Shown: positions 39,307 through 48,874 of the stretch, in pieces
Position numbering within the stretch: the first letter of the stretch is position 1
Layout: every line of letters begins with the position of its first letter
NCBI GenBank assembly: GCA_965267575.1
Contig: OZ254086.1
Coordinates: 3,584,001-3,648,000, forward strand
Direction of reading: 5' to 3'
Length of the DNA: 64,000 nucleotides
Source of the DNA: Calditrichales bacterium
GTDB lineage: Bacteria > Calditrichota > Calditrichia > Calditrichales > J004
Notes under the pieces: model-generated
The model's database searches: none
Told to the model about the DNA's origin: nothing
Seen by the model: the letters and a program-made list of their open reading frames with translations, nothing else
Program-made: the position numbers and the translations under genes

Positions 39307-40476
39307 ATGAAAAAATTGATTTCATCAGACCTAAAGCTTGGTATCATGGCCGGAGGCCAACTGGGCAAAATGCTCATTCAGGATGCCAGCAAGTGGAATA
39401 TCATCACGCATGTGCTGGATGAAGCCGAAGGGTGCCCGGCGGCAGGCGTTGCCAGCCTGTTCAAAAAAGGCAGCCGTCTCGATTACGATGATGTCTACAA
39501 TTTTGGCAAAAACGTAGATGTTCTCACTTTTGAGATCGAAAGCATCAACACCGAAGCCTTGTATAAACTAAAATCGGAAGGTGTACGTATTGCCCCGGAT
39601 CCGTCGATCCTGGAACTGATCCAGGACAAGGGCAAGCAGAAAACGTTTTACAGCGATCACGGCATACCGACATCGCCTTTCGAACTTTATGAAAGCAAGA
39701 ACGACGTGTTGCAGGCGTTGAAGGATGGCCGGCTCGTCTATCCCTTTGTGCAGAAGCTGCGCACGGGCGGTTATGACGGGCGCGGTGTGGCGGTGATTGA
39801 TGATGAGAACGATCTGGACAAGCTTCTTGACGGTCCGTCCATGGTGGAACACAAAGTGGATATCGATAAAGAGATTGCCATCATCGCCGCGCGCAATGAA
39901 AGCGGCGAAATACGCTGCTTCCCGGCGGTGGAGATGGTTTTTGACCCGGAATCCAACCTTGTGGAAAAGCTGCTCTGTCCTTCCGGCATTGACCGCGAGA
40001 CGGCGCTGGAAGCCGAAAGAATTGCCTCCGAGTTGATTGAGCAACTTAACATGAGCGGTTTGCTGGCGGTTGAGTTTTTTGTCGATAAAAAGCAAAAGGT
40101 GCTGGTAAACGAGGCGGCTCCCCGGCCGCACAACAGCGGCCACCATACCATCGAAAGTGTCGTTACGTCGCAGTTTGAGCAGCATCTTCGGGCCATCCTG
40201 AACCTGCCTTTGGGCAGCACGCAGCTCAAAATACCGGCAGTTATGATCAACCTGGTGGGCGAAAAAGGACATGAAGGTCCCGTTAAATACGAAGGGCTGA
40301 AAGAATGCCTTGCCATTGAAGGTGTAAAAGTGCATATCTACGGTAAAACAAGTACACGGCCGTTCCGCAAAATGGGACACGTAACGATCGTTGCAAGAGA
40401 GCTGGGCGACGCACTGAAAAAGGCGGACAAGGTTAAACGCATATTAAAGGTAAAATCATGGGACAAAAGCGCGTAA
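39307..40476 (+). CDS. purK: N5-CAIR synthase
   Basis: 'GGQLGKML', 'GGYDGRG', 'NEAAPRPHNSGH', 'RKMGHV'. Confidence 0.95.
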   Translation: MKKLISSDLKLGIMAGGQLGKMLIQDASKWNIITHVLDEAEGCPAAGVASLFKKGSRLDYDDVYNFGKNVDVLTFEIESINTEALYKLKSEGVRIAPDPSILELIQDKGKQKTFYSDHGIPTSPFELYESKNDVLQALKDGRLVYPFVQKLRTGGYDGRGVAVIDDENDLDKLLDGPSMVEHKVDIDKEIAIIAARNESGEIRCFPAVEMVFDPESNLVEKLLCPSGIDRETALEAERIASELIEQLNMSGLLAVEFFVDKKQKVLVNEAAPRPHNSGHHTIESVVTSQFEQHLRAILNLPLGSTQLKIPAVMINLVGEKGHEGPVKYEGLKECLAIEGVKVHIYGKTSTRPFRKMGHVTIVARELGDALKKADKVKRILKVKSWDKSA

Positions 40477-40949
40477 GCATTGTAATGGGCTCCGACTCGG
40501 ACCTGCCGGTAATGCAAGCGGCGGCCGATGTTTTGCAGGAGCTGGGTGTGGATTATGAATTAGACATCGTTTCGGCGCATCGCACACCGCAGAAACTTTA
40601 CGAATTTGCGCAAGAGGCACATACGCGCGGCATTGATGTAATCATTGCCGGGGCTGGCGGAGCAGCGCATTTGCCCGGTATGCTTGCGGCCATTTCACCG
40701 TTGCCGGTTATTGGCGTGCCCGTAAAATCCAGCAACTCCATCGACGGCTGGGATTCGGTGTTGTCCATCCTGCAAATGCCGGGCGGCGTACCTGTTGCCA
40801 CCGTAGCCCTGAACGGCGCTAAAAATGCAGGCATCCTTGCCGCGCAAATTATTTCTGCTGCTGATAAGGAGGTGCGGGAAAAGATTATCCGCTATAAAAG
40901 GGGGCTTGAAGAAAAGGTCCACGAAAAGGCTAAAAAGCTGAAAAAGTGA
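40458..40949 (+). CDS. purE: N5-CAIR mutase
   Basis: 'MGSDSD', 'SAHRTP', 'AGAGGAAHLPGM'. Confidence 0.97.
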   Translation: MGQKRVSIVMGSDSDLPVMQAAADVLQELGVDYELDIVSAHRTPQKLYEFAQEAHTRGIDVIIAGAGGAAHLPGMLAAISPLPVIGVPVKSSNSIDGWDSVLSILQMPGGVPVATVALNGAKNAGILAAQIISAADKEVREKIIRYKRGLEEKVHEKAKKLKK

Positions 40950-40950
40950 A

Positions 40951-41913
40951 CTAGAACTTCTGAACGATAGAAAGGTATAGCGGCAATCCTATCGTGATGT
41001 TAAACGGAAAGGTCACCGCCAGGGCCATGGGGATATAAAGTCCTGGATTGGCTTTGGGTGCTGCCAGCTTCATCGCCGCGGGCACGGCAATATAGGACGC
41101 GCTGGCGGCCAGAATGGCAAACAGAAAGCGGTTGCCAACATCTTCGGAAATAAGCGCGCTGAGAAACGATACGGCAATCCCGTTTACCACCGGCACAATA
41201 ATGGCAAATAAAAAGGTGAACCAGCCGTTTTGGAAAAAGGACGACAATTTTTTGCCGCTTATAATGCCCATATCCAGCAGAAAAACCGCCAGAAACCCTT
41301 TGAAAATATCCGTTGTAAAAGGCTCAATCCCCCTGGCTTGCTCTGCGCTTGCCAGAAATCCGATCAGCAAACTTCCGAGAATCAAAAATACGCTGCCGTT
41401 GGTCATCGAGTGTTTAAGAACTACGGAAAATGGTGGTTTTACGGCGGTGTCTTTTTCAAAAAACGCCAGAAGCAGCAGGGCGACGATAATGGATGGCGCT
41501 TCCATCAGGGCCATCACGGCAATCATGTGTCCGCCAAAAGTTATCTGCTGAAGCTCCAGAAAAGAAATCGCCGTTACAAATGTAACCGCACTGATAGAAC
41601 CATAGGCCGCCGCCACAGCCCCCGCGTTCTGCGTGCCCAATCGGTTCTTTAAAATAAAAAACGCGTATACGGGAACGATCAACGCCAGTATTACGCCGAA
41701 CAACAACGACCAGACAATCTCCATATTAAAAGCGCTGTGTGAAAGCTCCTGGCCGCCCTTAAAACCGATGGAAAAAAGCAGGTAAAGCGAGATGAATTTA
41801 GACGAACTCTCCGGAATGGCCAGGTCGCTTTTGAGCTTTACGGCGGCCAGGCCGAGAAAAAAGAAAAGCAAAGCGGGATTTGTCAGATTGTCGATTAAAA
41901 GACTGATTTCCAT
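40951..41913 (-). CDS. sbtA: Sodium-dependent bicarbonate transporter family permease (SbtA-like)
   Basis: 'YLLFSIGFKGG', 'AYGSISAVTF', 'FLLDMG', 'SASYIAVPAA', 'TFPFNI'. Confidence 0.9.
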   Translation of the reverse strand: MEISLLIDNLTNPALLFFFLGLAAVKLKSDLAIPESSSKFISLYLLFSIGFKGGQELSHSAFNMEIVWSLLFGVILALIVPVYAFFILKNRLGTQNAGAVAAAYGSISAVTFVTAISFLELQQITFGGHMIAVMALMEAPSIIVALLLLAFFEKDTAVKPPFSVVLKHSMTNGSVFLILGSLLIGFLASAEQARGIEPFTTDIFKGFLAVFLLDMGIISGKKLSSFFQNGWFTFLFAIIVPVVNGIAVSFLSALISEDVGNRFLFAILAASASYIAVPAAMKLAAPKANPGLYIPMALAVTFPFNITIGLPLYLSIVQKF

Positions 41914-41969
41914 ATCGTTCTGGTTTCTAAGTCAAGGCAGCAAAAAACAAGGCAAACGAACGCCGTCTT

Positions 41970-42390
41970 TTACAAAGCCGTTGGCAGGTATACGCTTTGA
42001 AATACATCGCTTGAATCATTATAAACAAGCCCGTTTACAGTGAGAGAATTTTGCCTGATGCGCGCCGCAAAATATTCTTTTTCTGACATCATAGTCAATT
42101 GCTGTCTGATATTTAATCGTGTGAGCGCAATCTTCCTGTCCACGCCGGCGTTCTCCCCGGCAATGGCACTGTACTGCTCCGCGTAAAGGGATTTAAGAGC
42201 GTCTTCAACCGGAAGCACGCTGTTGGCTTTTTCATTCAGAGCGTTTGTTACAAAGCAGCATGAGCAGTTCTGTACAATCAGAATATTACGGATGTCTTTG
42301 CTCTCAATAAAAAAACGCAGCTCATTTTCAAACTCTCCCATAGAATGGAAGAAGCGGCTGCCGAGCGCGGTAAGAAAGTAGATATCGCCG
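41970..42390 (-). pseudogene. 3' remnant of a beta-carbonic-anhydrase-like gene
   Basis: 'IRNILIVQNCSC...LNIRQQL...IRQNSLTVNGLVYN' resembles the beta-CA C-half. The upstream part of the ORF is the antisense of a LysR fragment. Confidence 0.5.
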
Positions 42391-42392
42391 CT

Positions 42393-42557
42393 CAGATTAT
42401 CAAAGCAACGAACCTGCCCATCATAACGATGTGGAGGTTGGTATGGCTTAAGGAGAAAAAGCTGTCCCACGTGGCTAACGCCTACGTGGAATACGTGCGC
42501 CGGCAAAAGGCCAAAATCATTGCTCAGAAATTCGACTGGTATAATAAATTCAGCTGA
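42393..42557 (+). pseudogene. 3' remnant of a LysR-family regulator
   Basis: QIIKATNLPIITMWRLVWLKEKKLSHVANAYVEYV resembles a LysR C-terminus; no HTH upstream. Confidence 0.6.
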
Positions 42558-42655
42558 TGATACCTCTTCTGCGCTAATACTAATTTGGGGACAACCGTTG
42601 TCTTGAGCTAAATGAAAACCTATTTTTAACGGCGTATGTCTAACCAAATCCAAAT

Positions 42656-43111
42656 ATGACTATGCGAACAGTAGAAATTATTGAAGCGATAAATGCATCG
42701 CCACAACAGGTATGGGATTATATCAGCGATATCGAGAAGGCGCCGCAGTGGGTGACTGTGATGCAATCACTGGTTGAGACGACAGATAACCCGGTAAAGG
42801 AAGGCACCGTTTACACGGAACGCTCGAAAGTGGGACCAAAGGAATCTGAAACCACCTGGAAAGTTACCAAATTCAATGCTCCCAAAGTGCAGGTACATGA
42901 GTGTAACGGTAAGGAATTTAAGGCGCGGCTGACTATGCGGGTGGAGAAAGAGCAATCCGGCAGCAGACTGATCCACAAAACCGAATATGCGCTTTTGCCT
43001 ATCGTGCGTCCGTTCGGCTGGCTGATGGAAGCGCTTTTTGTGCACCGGCAGATGACCAACAGCCTGAGAGAAACCGTGCAAAATTGCCGGCGGATCTTAG
43101 AAAACGGGTAG
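42656..43111 (+). CDS. SRPBCC / polyketide cyclase family protein
   Basis: 'INASPQQVWDYISDIEKAPQW' pattern. Confidence 0.85.
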   Translation: MTMRTVEIIEAINASPQQVWDYISDIEKAPQWVTVMQSLVETTDNPVKEGTVYTERSKVGPKESETTWKVTKFNAPKVQVHECNGKEFKARLTMRVEKEQSGSRLIHKTEYALLPIVRPFGWLMEALFVHRQMTNSLRETVQNCRRILENG

Positions 43112-43251
43112 AAACTTGTTTGAAGCAACAAGCGGATTAATGTTTTACCAGGTCTATGAAAAAACCGGGAACACGCCGGTAAATTTGGCGATAAACCGCC
43201 GTTATTTTTGATGGTATCTGTGGATAAATTGACGCAATCAGGGAATTATAT

Positions 43252-44208
43252 ATGTGGATAAACATAGTTTTATTGATTTTGGGATTGGTTCTTTTGATCA
43301 AGGGGGCGGATTGGCTTGTTGAGGGAGGTTCGGCGCTGGCAAAAAAGTTTAAAGTATCCGATCTGGCCATCGGACTGACGATCGTGGCTTTTGGCACATC
43401 GGCACCTGAGCTGGTGGTGAACACTTTTGCGGCCGTCCAGGGTTATAATGAGATTGTCTTCGGAAATGTCATCGGCAGTAATAACTTCAACCTTTTTATC
43501 ATTCTTGGCATTGCCGGTCTGATATCACCCCTGGTCGTACAATCCAGTACGGTTTGGAAGGAAATACCGCTGTCTCTCGTAGCGGCGCTGATGCTATATG
43601 TTTTGGCAAATGCCGTTTTGCCGGGCTCGGAACTAATTCTTTCACGCCCGGATGGATTGATTTTGCTGGTCTTGTTTGTTCTTTTCCTTCTTTATGTCTA
43701 CAAACAGCTAAAAACAGATCCGGCCCATCCGGAGGTAGCGCATAAAGCTTTTTCCAATACCAAAATCACCGTTTTCGTGTTGGCGGGGCTGGCGGGCCTG
43801 GTTATCGGGGGGCGTCTTGTTGTGGACAGCGCGGTGGATATGGCGACTGCTCTGGGCATCAGCGAGAAGATCATTGGTTTAACCATCGTAGCTGCAGGGA
43901 CCTCTCTGCCGGAACTGGCCACGTCAGTGGTGGCGGCTATTAAGAAAAATAACGACATCGCGGTGGGTAATATAATCGGCTCAAATATTTTTAATATCTT
44001 TTTTATTCTGTCCCTGAGCGCGCTGTCAAAACCGATCATATTCAATCCCGTTTTCAATATTGATATTTATTTGCTGTTCGCGGGAACGCTCTTTCTTTTT
44101 GTCGCCATGTTTACGGGCAAAAAACACAAGCTGGACCGCTGGGAGGCTGCTTTGCTCCTAACCGTTTACCTGGGCTATACCGTTTACCTGGTCAGCAAAG
44201 AGCTGTAA
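43252..44208 (+). CDS. Calcium/sodium antiporter (YrbG family)
   Basis: Duplicated 'GTSAPEL'/'GTSLPEL' and 'GNVIGSN'/'GNIIGSN' alpha repeats. Confidence 0.93.
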   Translation: MWINIVLLILGLVLLIKGADWLVEGGSALAKKFKVSDLAIGLTIVAFGTSAPELVVNTFAAVQGYNEIVFGNVIGSNNFNLFIILGIAGLISPLVVQSSTVWKEIPLSLVAALMLYVLANAVLPGSELILSRPDGLILLVLFVLFLLYVYKQLKTDPAHPEVAHKAFSNTKITVFVLAGLAGLVIGGRLVVDSAVDMATALGISEKIIGLTIVAAGTSLPELATSVVAAIKKNNDIAVGNIIGSNIFNIFFILSLSALSKPIIFNPVFNIDIYLLFAGTLFLFVAMFTGKKHKLDRWEAALLLTVYLGYTVYLVSKEL

Positions 44209-44249
44209 CCCGACCAACTACAAGATGATGTTGCCTTATAAGCGGGCAT

Positions 44250-44277
44250 AAAAAAAGGCCGTCCATGTGGACGGCCT
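44250..44277 (-). terminator. Intrinsic terminator of the proVWX operon
   Basis: Minus strand AGGCCGTCCA-CA-TGGACGGCCT followed by a T-run. Confidence 0.85.
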
Positions 44278-44299
44278 GAGTATGTTAATCAATGACGTG

Positions 44300-45184
44300 T
44301 TATTCTGACGCGGGAATCCATTGTTTCACCGCATCCGGATTGGCATTCATCCAGTTACGCGCTACAACTTCAACATCCTGATCAGACTCTTCAACCTGCA
44401 GCATAAGGTCTGCCAGTTGCTCGTTGCTGAATTTCAGGTTCTTGAGAAATTGTGCCAGTTCCGGCTTTTCTTCTTCCAGATTTTTGCGGCCCATGATATG
44501 TATATTACCCGGTTGCCACATCATTTTATCGTCATCCTGCTTCAGGAATTTCAGGTCCCAGCGTGCGAACATCCAGTGTGGTTTCCAGCCGGTTACCACG
44601 ATCCACTCTTCGTTATCCACGGCTTTCTTTAATGCGGCTGTCATGGCCGGACCGCTGGAAGAGATAAGTTTATAATCCAAACCATAATCTTCGATCAATT
44701 GTTCGGTCGTCTTCATAATACCTGCACCGGCATCAATTCCCACAATCTCGCCTTCAAAATTCTCTGCTTGTGCGTTCATCTGCGAAATCGAATCAATGGT
44801 TACGTAGGTCGGTACTACAAGGCCGCTTTGAGTGCCTTCAAATACATAGCCCAGGTCTACCACGTCATCTTTATAGCGCTCCACATAGTCCTTATGCAGT
44901 ACGGGCAGCCATGTTTCCATAAAGGCATCTTTGTTGCCCTGTGCAACGGCCGTATAGGCTGGCCCCACATCGGCGGCTGTAGCCGTTACCGTATAACCCA
45001 TTTTATCTTCAAGAATAACCTTTGCCAAATGGGTGTAAGCTACACCTTCCGCCCAGTTTACATATACCAGGTCGGCGGTCTTTTGTGTTTGCTGCGACTG
45101 GCACGAAACCATTGTGGAAGCAACAACAGCTAACATTAAGACTATGGTGAAAATTGACAGTTTGGAATGAATATGCTTGTGCAT
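44300..45184 (-). CDS. proX: Glycine betaine ABC transporter substrate-binding lipoprotein
   Basis: Lipobox 'MVSC'; 'YVNWAEG', 'WLPVLH', 'GIDAGAG', 'TGWKPHWMF' (OpuAC-type Trp cage). Confidence 0.9.
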   Translation of the reverse strand: MHKHIHSKLSIFTIVLMLAVVASTMVSCQSQQTQKTADLVYVNWAEGVAYTHLAKVILEDKMGYTVTATAADVGPAYTAVAQGNKDAFMETWLPVLHKDYVERYKDDVVDLGYVFEGTQSGLVVPTYVTIDSISQMNAQAENFEGEIVGIDAGAGIMKTTEQLIEDYGLDYKLISSSGPAMTAALKKAVDNEEWIVVTGWKPHWMFARWDLKFLKQDDDKMMWQPGNIHIMGRKNLEEEKPELAQFLKNLKFSNEQLADLMLQVEESDQDVEVVARNWMNANPDAVKQWIPASE

Positions 45185-45233
45185 AATAACTCCGCTTTTT
45201 TTTGGTGAAAAGTTCTATTGTTTAAAATCTTGC

Positions 45234-46070
45234 TTATTTGGACGTTGCCAAAGCTTGAGTCACACGGTCCAGAAAGATCGCCAGGATAACGATTGAAATA
45301 CCGCTTTCGAAACCCAGCCCGATTTTTAGCTGGGTGATACCCTTAAGCACCTCATTTCCAAGACCGCCGGCTCCAATCATGCCGGCAATTACAACCATGG
45401 ACAGAGCCAGCATGATCGTTTGATTCACACCGGCCATTATTGTAGGCATGGCTACCGGCAATTCGGCCTTAAACAGCATTTGGGATGGCGTAGAGCCAAA
45501 AGACAGCGCGGCTTCCTTGATATCCTTGGGGACCTGTCGAATGCCGAGGTTTGTCAGACGCACCACGGGTGGCAGCGAAAAAATCAAGGTTGCGATTACA
45601 CCCGGTACGGTGCCCAGTTGGAAAAACAAGACGGCCGGAATCAGATAGACAAATGCCGGTAAAGTCTGCATAAAATCCAGAATGGGTCTTACAACGCTTT
45701 CAACAACATCATTTTTTGAGGCCCATATGCCAATGGGTATTCCGATCACAAGGGCGATGACAACGGCGGTTATCACCAGTGCCAGGGTGTCCATGGTTAC
45801 TTCCCAGAATCCCATGTAATAGATTAACAGCATTCCAAAAAAGGTGAAAATTGCCACGCCTTTTTTCGCCAGCCACCAGGCGAGGGCTGTAAAAAGAACC
45901 GTAAGTATGAGCGGGTGCGGAAAAAGAAGCGCCTGATTCAGCCCGAATAAAACCACATCCACTGTCTGCCGTATGGCATCGAAGAATGGTCCCAGGTTAT
46001 CCACAAGCCAGGTAATTATTACTTCGAACCAACCTCCGATATCAATAACTTTTGAAAAATCGTCGAACAT
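45234..46070 (-). CDS. proW: Glycine betaine/proline ABC transporter permease
   Basis: 'LDFMQTLPAFVYLIP', 'GVNQTIMLALSMVVIA'. Confidence 0.93.
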   Translation of the reverse strand: MFDDFSKVIDIGGWFEVIITWLVDNLGPFFDAIRQTVDVVLFGLNQALLFPHPLILTVLFTALAWWLAKKGVAIFTFFGMLLIYYMGFWEVTMDTLALVITAVVIALVIGIPIGIWASKNDVVESVVRPILDFMQTLPAFVYLIPAVLFFQLGTVPGVIATLIFSLPPVVRLTNLGIRQVPKDIKEAALSFGSTPSQMLFKAELPVAMPTIMAGVNQTIMLALSMVVIAGMIGAGGLGNEVLKGITQLKIGLGFESGISIVILAIFLDRVTQALATSK

Positions 46071-46075
46071 AGCTT

Positions 46076-47326
46076 CTAACCTTCCTTTTGTTCATCCGGT
46101 TGGTTTTCTTCAAATTGTTTCAGAAGCACCGGCATGTCTTCATCGTCGAAATTGTCATTAACCTCGGCTATAACAGAGGCCCTGTCTATAATTCCTAGCA
46201 AATTGCCGTTCTCATTTTGCACGGCTAGAGGATACTTCGTTTCAATTGCTACCCTCAGAAGGTTGCCGATAGACGTGTCCGGTGTTGTGGTATATACGCC
46301 GTCAAATACAGCCGGTGTCAGATCGTCTTTGTCCTCGCGGGCCAGTTTTACGGCATCATCAATACGCACGATTCCCTTAAAGCGCCTTTCGCTGTCCAAA
46401 ACATAAATGGTGGAGACGCCCGCCTTTTCCATACGGCGTATGGCTACCTTGGGACCTTCCTTACCCAGCGTAACGGTAACCGGTTTGCGCATAATGGATG
46501 ATGCCGGTATAACCTTTGTCTTGTCCACATTCTGGACGAATGCTTTTACATAGTCATCCGCCGGCCTGGTAAGGATTTCCTCCGGCGTACCTATTTGCAC
46601 AATGGCGCCGGCCTTCATGATGATAATACGATCACCCAGCTTCAGCGCTTCATCGAGGTCGTGTGTAATGAAAACGATGGTCTTATGCATCCGCGTCTGA
46701 AGTTCCAGCAATTCATCCTGCATTTGACTGCGAATCAGCGGATCCAGAGCACTGAAAGCTTCGTCCATGAGCAGAATTTCCGGGTCATTGGCCAATGCAC
46801 GGGCTAAACCGACCCTCTGCTGCATGCCTCCGCTCAGTTCGCTGGGGTACTGATGTTCGTATCCTTTCAGTCCAACCTGCTCCAGTGCGTTCATGGCTTT
46901 TTTATCCCTTTCACGCTGCTCCACACCGGATATTTCCAATCCATAACCGGCGTTTTGCAGTACGGTCATATGTGGTAAAAGCGCGAAATGCTGAAACACC
47001 ATGGACATTTTTTTACGCCTCGTCTCCAGCAGCTCTTCATTCGACATTTTAAGTATGTCGGTGCCGTTTATAAGAACTTCGCCGCGTGTCGGCTCAATCA
47101 GGCGGTTCAGGCAACGGATTACTGTAGATTTTCCACTGCCCGAAAGCCCCATTATAACGAACACTTCTTTTTGCTTTACGGAGAAACTGGCGTTATCAAT
47201 ACCAATTGTGCAGCCTGTTTTATCAAGAATTTCTTCCTTGCTTTTTCCCTGATCCAAAAGCGGGAAAGCCCGCTCAGGCCGGTCGCCAAAAATCTTATAC
47301 AGGTTTTTTACTTCGATAACATTCAT
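46076..47326 (-). CDS. proV: Glycine betaine/proline ABC transporter ATPase with CBS domains
   Basis: GLSGSGKS, LSGGMQQRVGLARAL, MDEAFSALDPLIR; C-terminal CBS pair. Confidence 0.95.
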   Translation of the reverse strand: MNVIEVKNLYKIFGDRPERAFPLLDQGKSKEEILDKTGCTIGIDNASFSVKQKEVFVIMGLSGSGKSTVIRCLNRLIEPTRGEVLINGTDILKMSNEELLETRRKKMSMVFQHFALLPHMTVLQNAGYGLEISGVEQRERDKKAMNALEQVGLKGYEHQYPSELSGGMQQRVGLARALANDPEILLMDEAFSALDPLIRSQMQDELLELQTRMHKTIVFITHDLDEALKLGDRIIIMKAGAIVQIGTPEEILTRPADDYVKAFVQNVDKTKVIPASSIMRKPVTVTLGKEGPKVAIRRMEKAGVSTIYVLDSERRFKGIVRIDDAVKLAREDKDDLTPAVFDGVYTTTPDTSIGNLLRVAIETKYPLAVQNENGNLLGIIDRASVIAEVNDNFDDEDMPVLLKQFEENQPDEQKEG

Positions 47327-47347
47327 TTATAAAAACCTCTGCCCGTT

Positions 47348-48538
47348 TTAGAAATAGTAGCCAAGATTGATGTTCAATCTCCGGTTCCAGTCCGGATCTT
47401 TTACTCCAGTGCCTAATCCCGTACCAAAAGAATCTGTTAGCCAGGGTTGGTTTTTACCCATGGCGTAATCCACGTAAATGTACATGGCTCCGGCGCTGAT
47501 TAAGAATCCGGGGATCAGATGGTGCGTATCGTAAAAATCTTCGTTTGTTTTGTCGATCAGCGTATAGTCCACATACGGTTGAATATTTGAAATGGGACCA
47601 ATATCAACCGGGATGCTGTAGGCAACGCCTGCGACATACATGTTTGCTTCCGCGGCTACAGGGTAGGGGAAGCCGTACGCGCCCATCGTAACAATATCCA
47701 GAGAGTTACCCATATCGTCTTTAGCTTTATAGTTATATGTAGCAACTTCGGCCTTAATGTTTACCTGCCCGAAATTACCCACAAAGTGACCGGCAAAAGC
47801 CGTTGCCACTTCGGCCTCTTCCAGAACGGCGTTGTAAATCTGTCCAACCTGGGCAGATACGCCAAGCTCAACTGAAGGAGTTACGTCGTATGCGATTTGG
47901 CCGTTAAAGGTATTAAGTTCACGTATATTGGCGCCTTCCATGGGGATAATATCATATGAATACCGTCCGGCACCGGCGTTGCCAAAGCTGACGTCACCGC
48001 CAAAAAGAGGACCTTCCGGTTCCGCCTGGCGGTAGTAGGCCGCGGCAATCTCAAGCTTTTCCGATGGCGTAAAGGTGAATCCAATTCCCATATCATAATC
48101 ATCTTCAAGGCCTACATAATAGCCGCCCTGAAACCACCATGAGTGGGAAGCATATTTGGTAATCCCAAAAGGTTTTTGGAAAACACCAAGCTTACCGTAA
48201 ACCATATCATTGAATTCATAACCAAAATAACCATGGTGAATAAAATGAGTACCAAAAGTAGGATAGAAACGGTACTCAAAGCTCATATCTATGCCGGCTG
48301 ATCTGCCGTCGATATTGAGACGCCATGTATCCCACGTAAAGGAGGTACTCAGTGCAGTAGATGCGCTTTCGTAATCTGTGTTAATGATATTATAGCGGAT
48401 GGCACCGCCAAACTTGATGTAATCTTCTTTCTCATCCTCGCCGGCAAGAAGATTGCTTTGCGGGAAAACGAGAAATGCCATGAGAAAAGAAACAAAAGTA
48501 AATCTGAATAGCATAAGCGTTGTACGTGAGTATAGCAT
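47348..48538 (-). CDS. Putative outer-membrane porin, first gene of the proVWX operon
   Basis: Signal peptide, aromatic-rich beta-strands, C-terminal 'NINLGYYF' beta-signal; 21 nt from proV. Confidence 0.7.
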   Translation of the reverse strand: MLYSRTTLMLFRFTFVSFLMAFLVFPQSNLLAGEDEKEDYIKFGGAIRYNIINTDYESASTALSTSFTWDTWRLNIDGRSAGIDMSFEYRFYPTFGTHFIHHGYFGYEFNDMVYGKLGVFQKPFGITKYASHSWWFQGGYYVGLEDDYDMGIGFTFTPSEKLEIAAAYYRQAEPEGPLFGGDVSFGNAGAGRYSYDIIPMEGANIRELNTFNGQIAYDVTPSVELGVSAQVGQIYNAVLEEAEVATAFAGHFVGNFGQVNIKAEVATYNYKAKDDMGNSLDIVTMGAYGFPYPVAAEANMYVAGVAYSIPVDIGPISNIQPYVDYTLIDKTNEDFYDTHHLIPGFLISAGAMYIYVDYAMGKNQPWLTDSFGTGLGTGVKDPDWNRRLNINLGYYF

Positions 48539-48874
48539 AATAGTCCGTGTGTTTATTCGACTTCCAGTAATTTTAAAGCAATTAAAAATACGTTATTTAA
48601 TAATTAGTTATAGCGCTTTAACATATAAATTATCTGGCAGAAGACAAATTATTCTGGGTATTTTTATGATTTAAACATAAGGGGACTTGGCGCAGAGCGC
48701 ATGTTAAAGGGCTTTGAGAGAATTTTCAGGTTTGACGGTTTATAAGTGTGCTCGTCACTGCTTTTTTTAGAAAAACGTCTTTTTGAACCCTGATGCTCAT
48801 GAGTTAATAAAGGAGCTGAAATTGATAAATTTACCGGGCGAGCATATTTTAGCGTTTACTCAGGGAGTGCAAAT

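Noticed and set aside
39568..40380. 270-aa minus-strand ORF
   Set aside because: Antisense shadow of purK.
39307..41913. Functional link between bicarbonate-using PurK and the adjacent sbtA
   Set aside because: The genes are convergent and separately transcribed, so adjacency alone is not evidence.
41970..42653. 227-aa ORF as an intact gene
   Set aside because: Its N-terminal part is the reverse complement of a LysR fragment, so it is treated as a chimeric scar.
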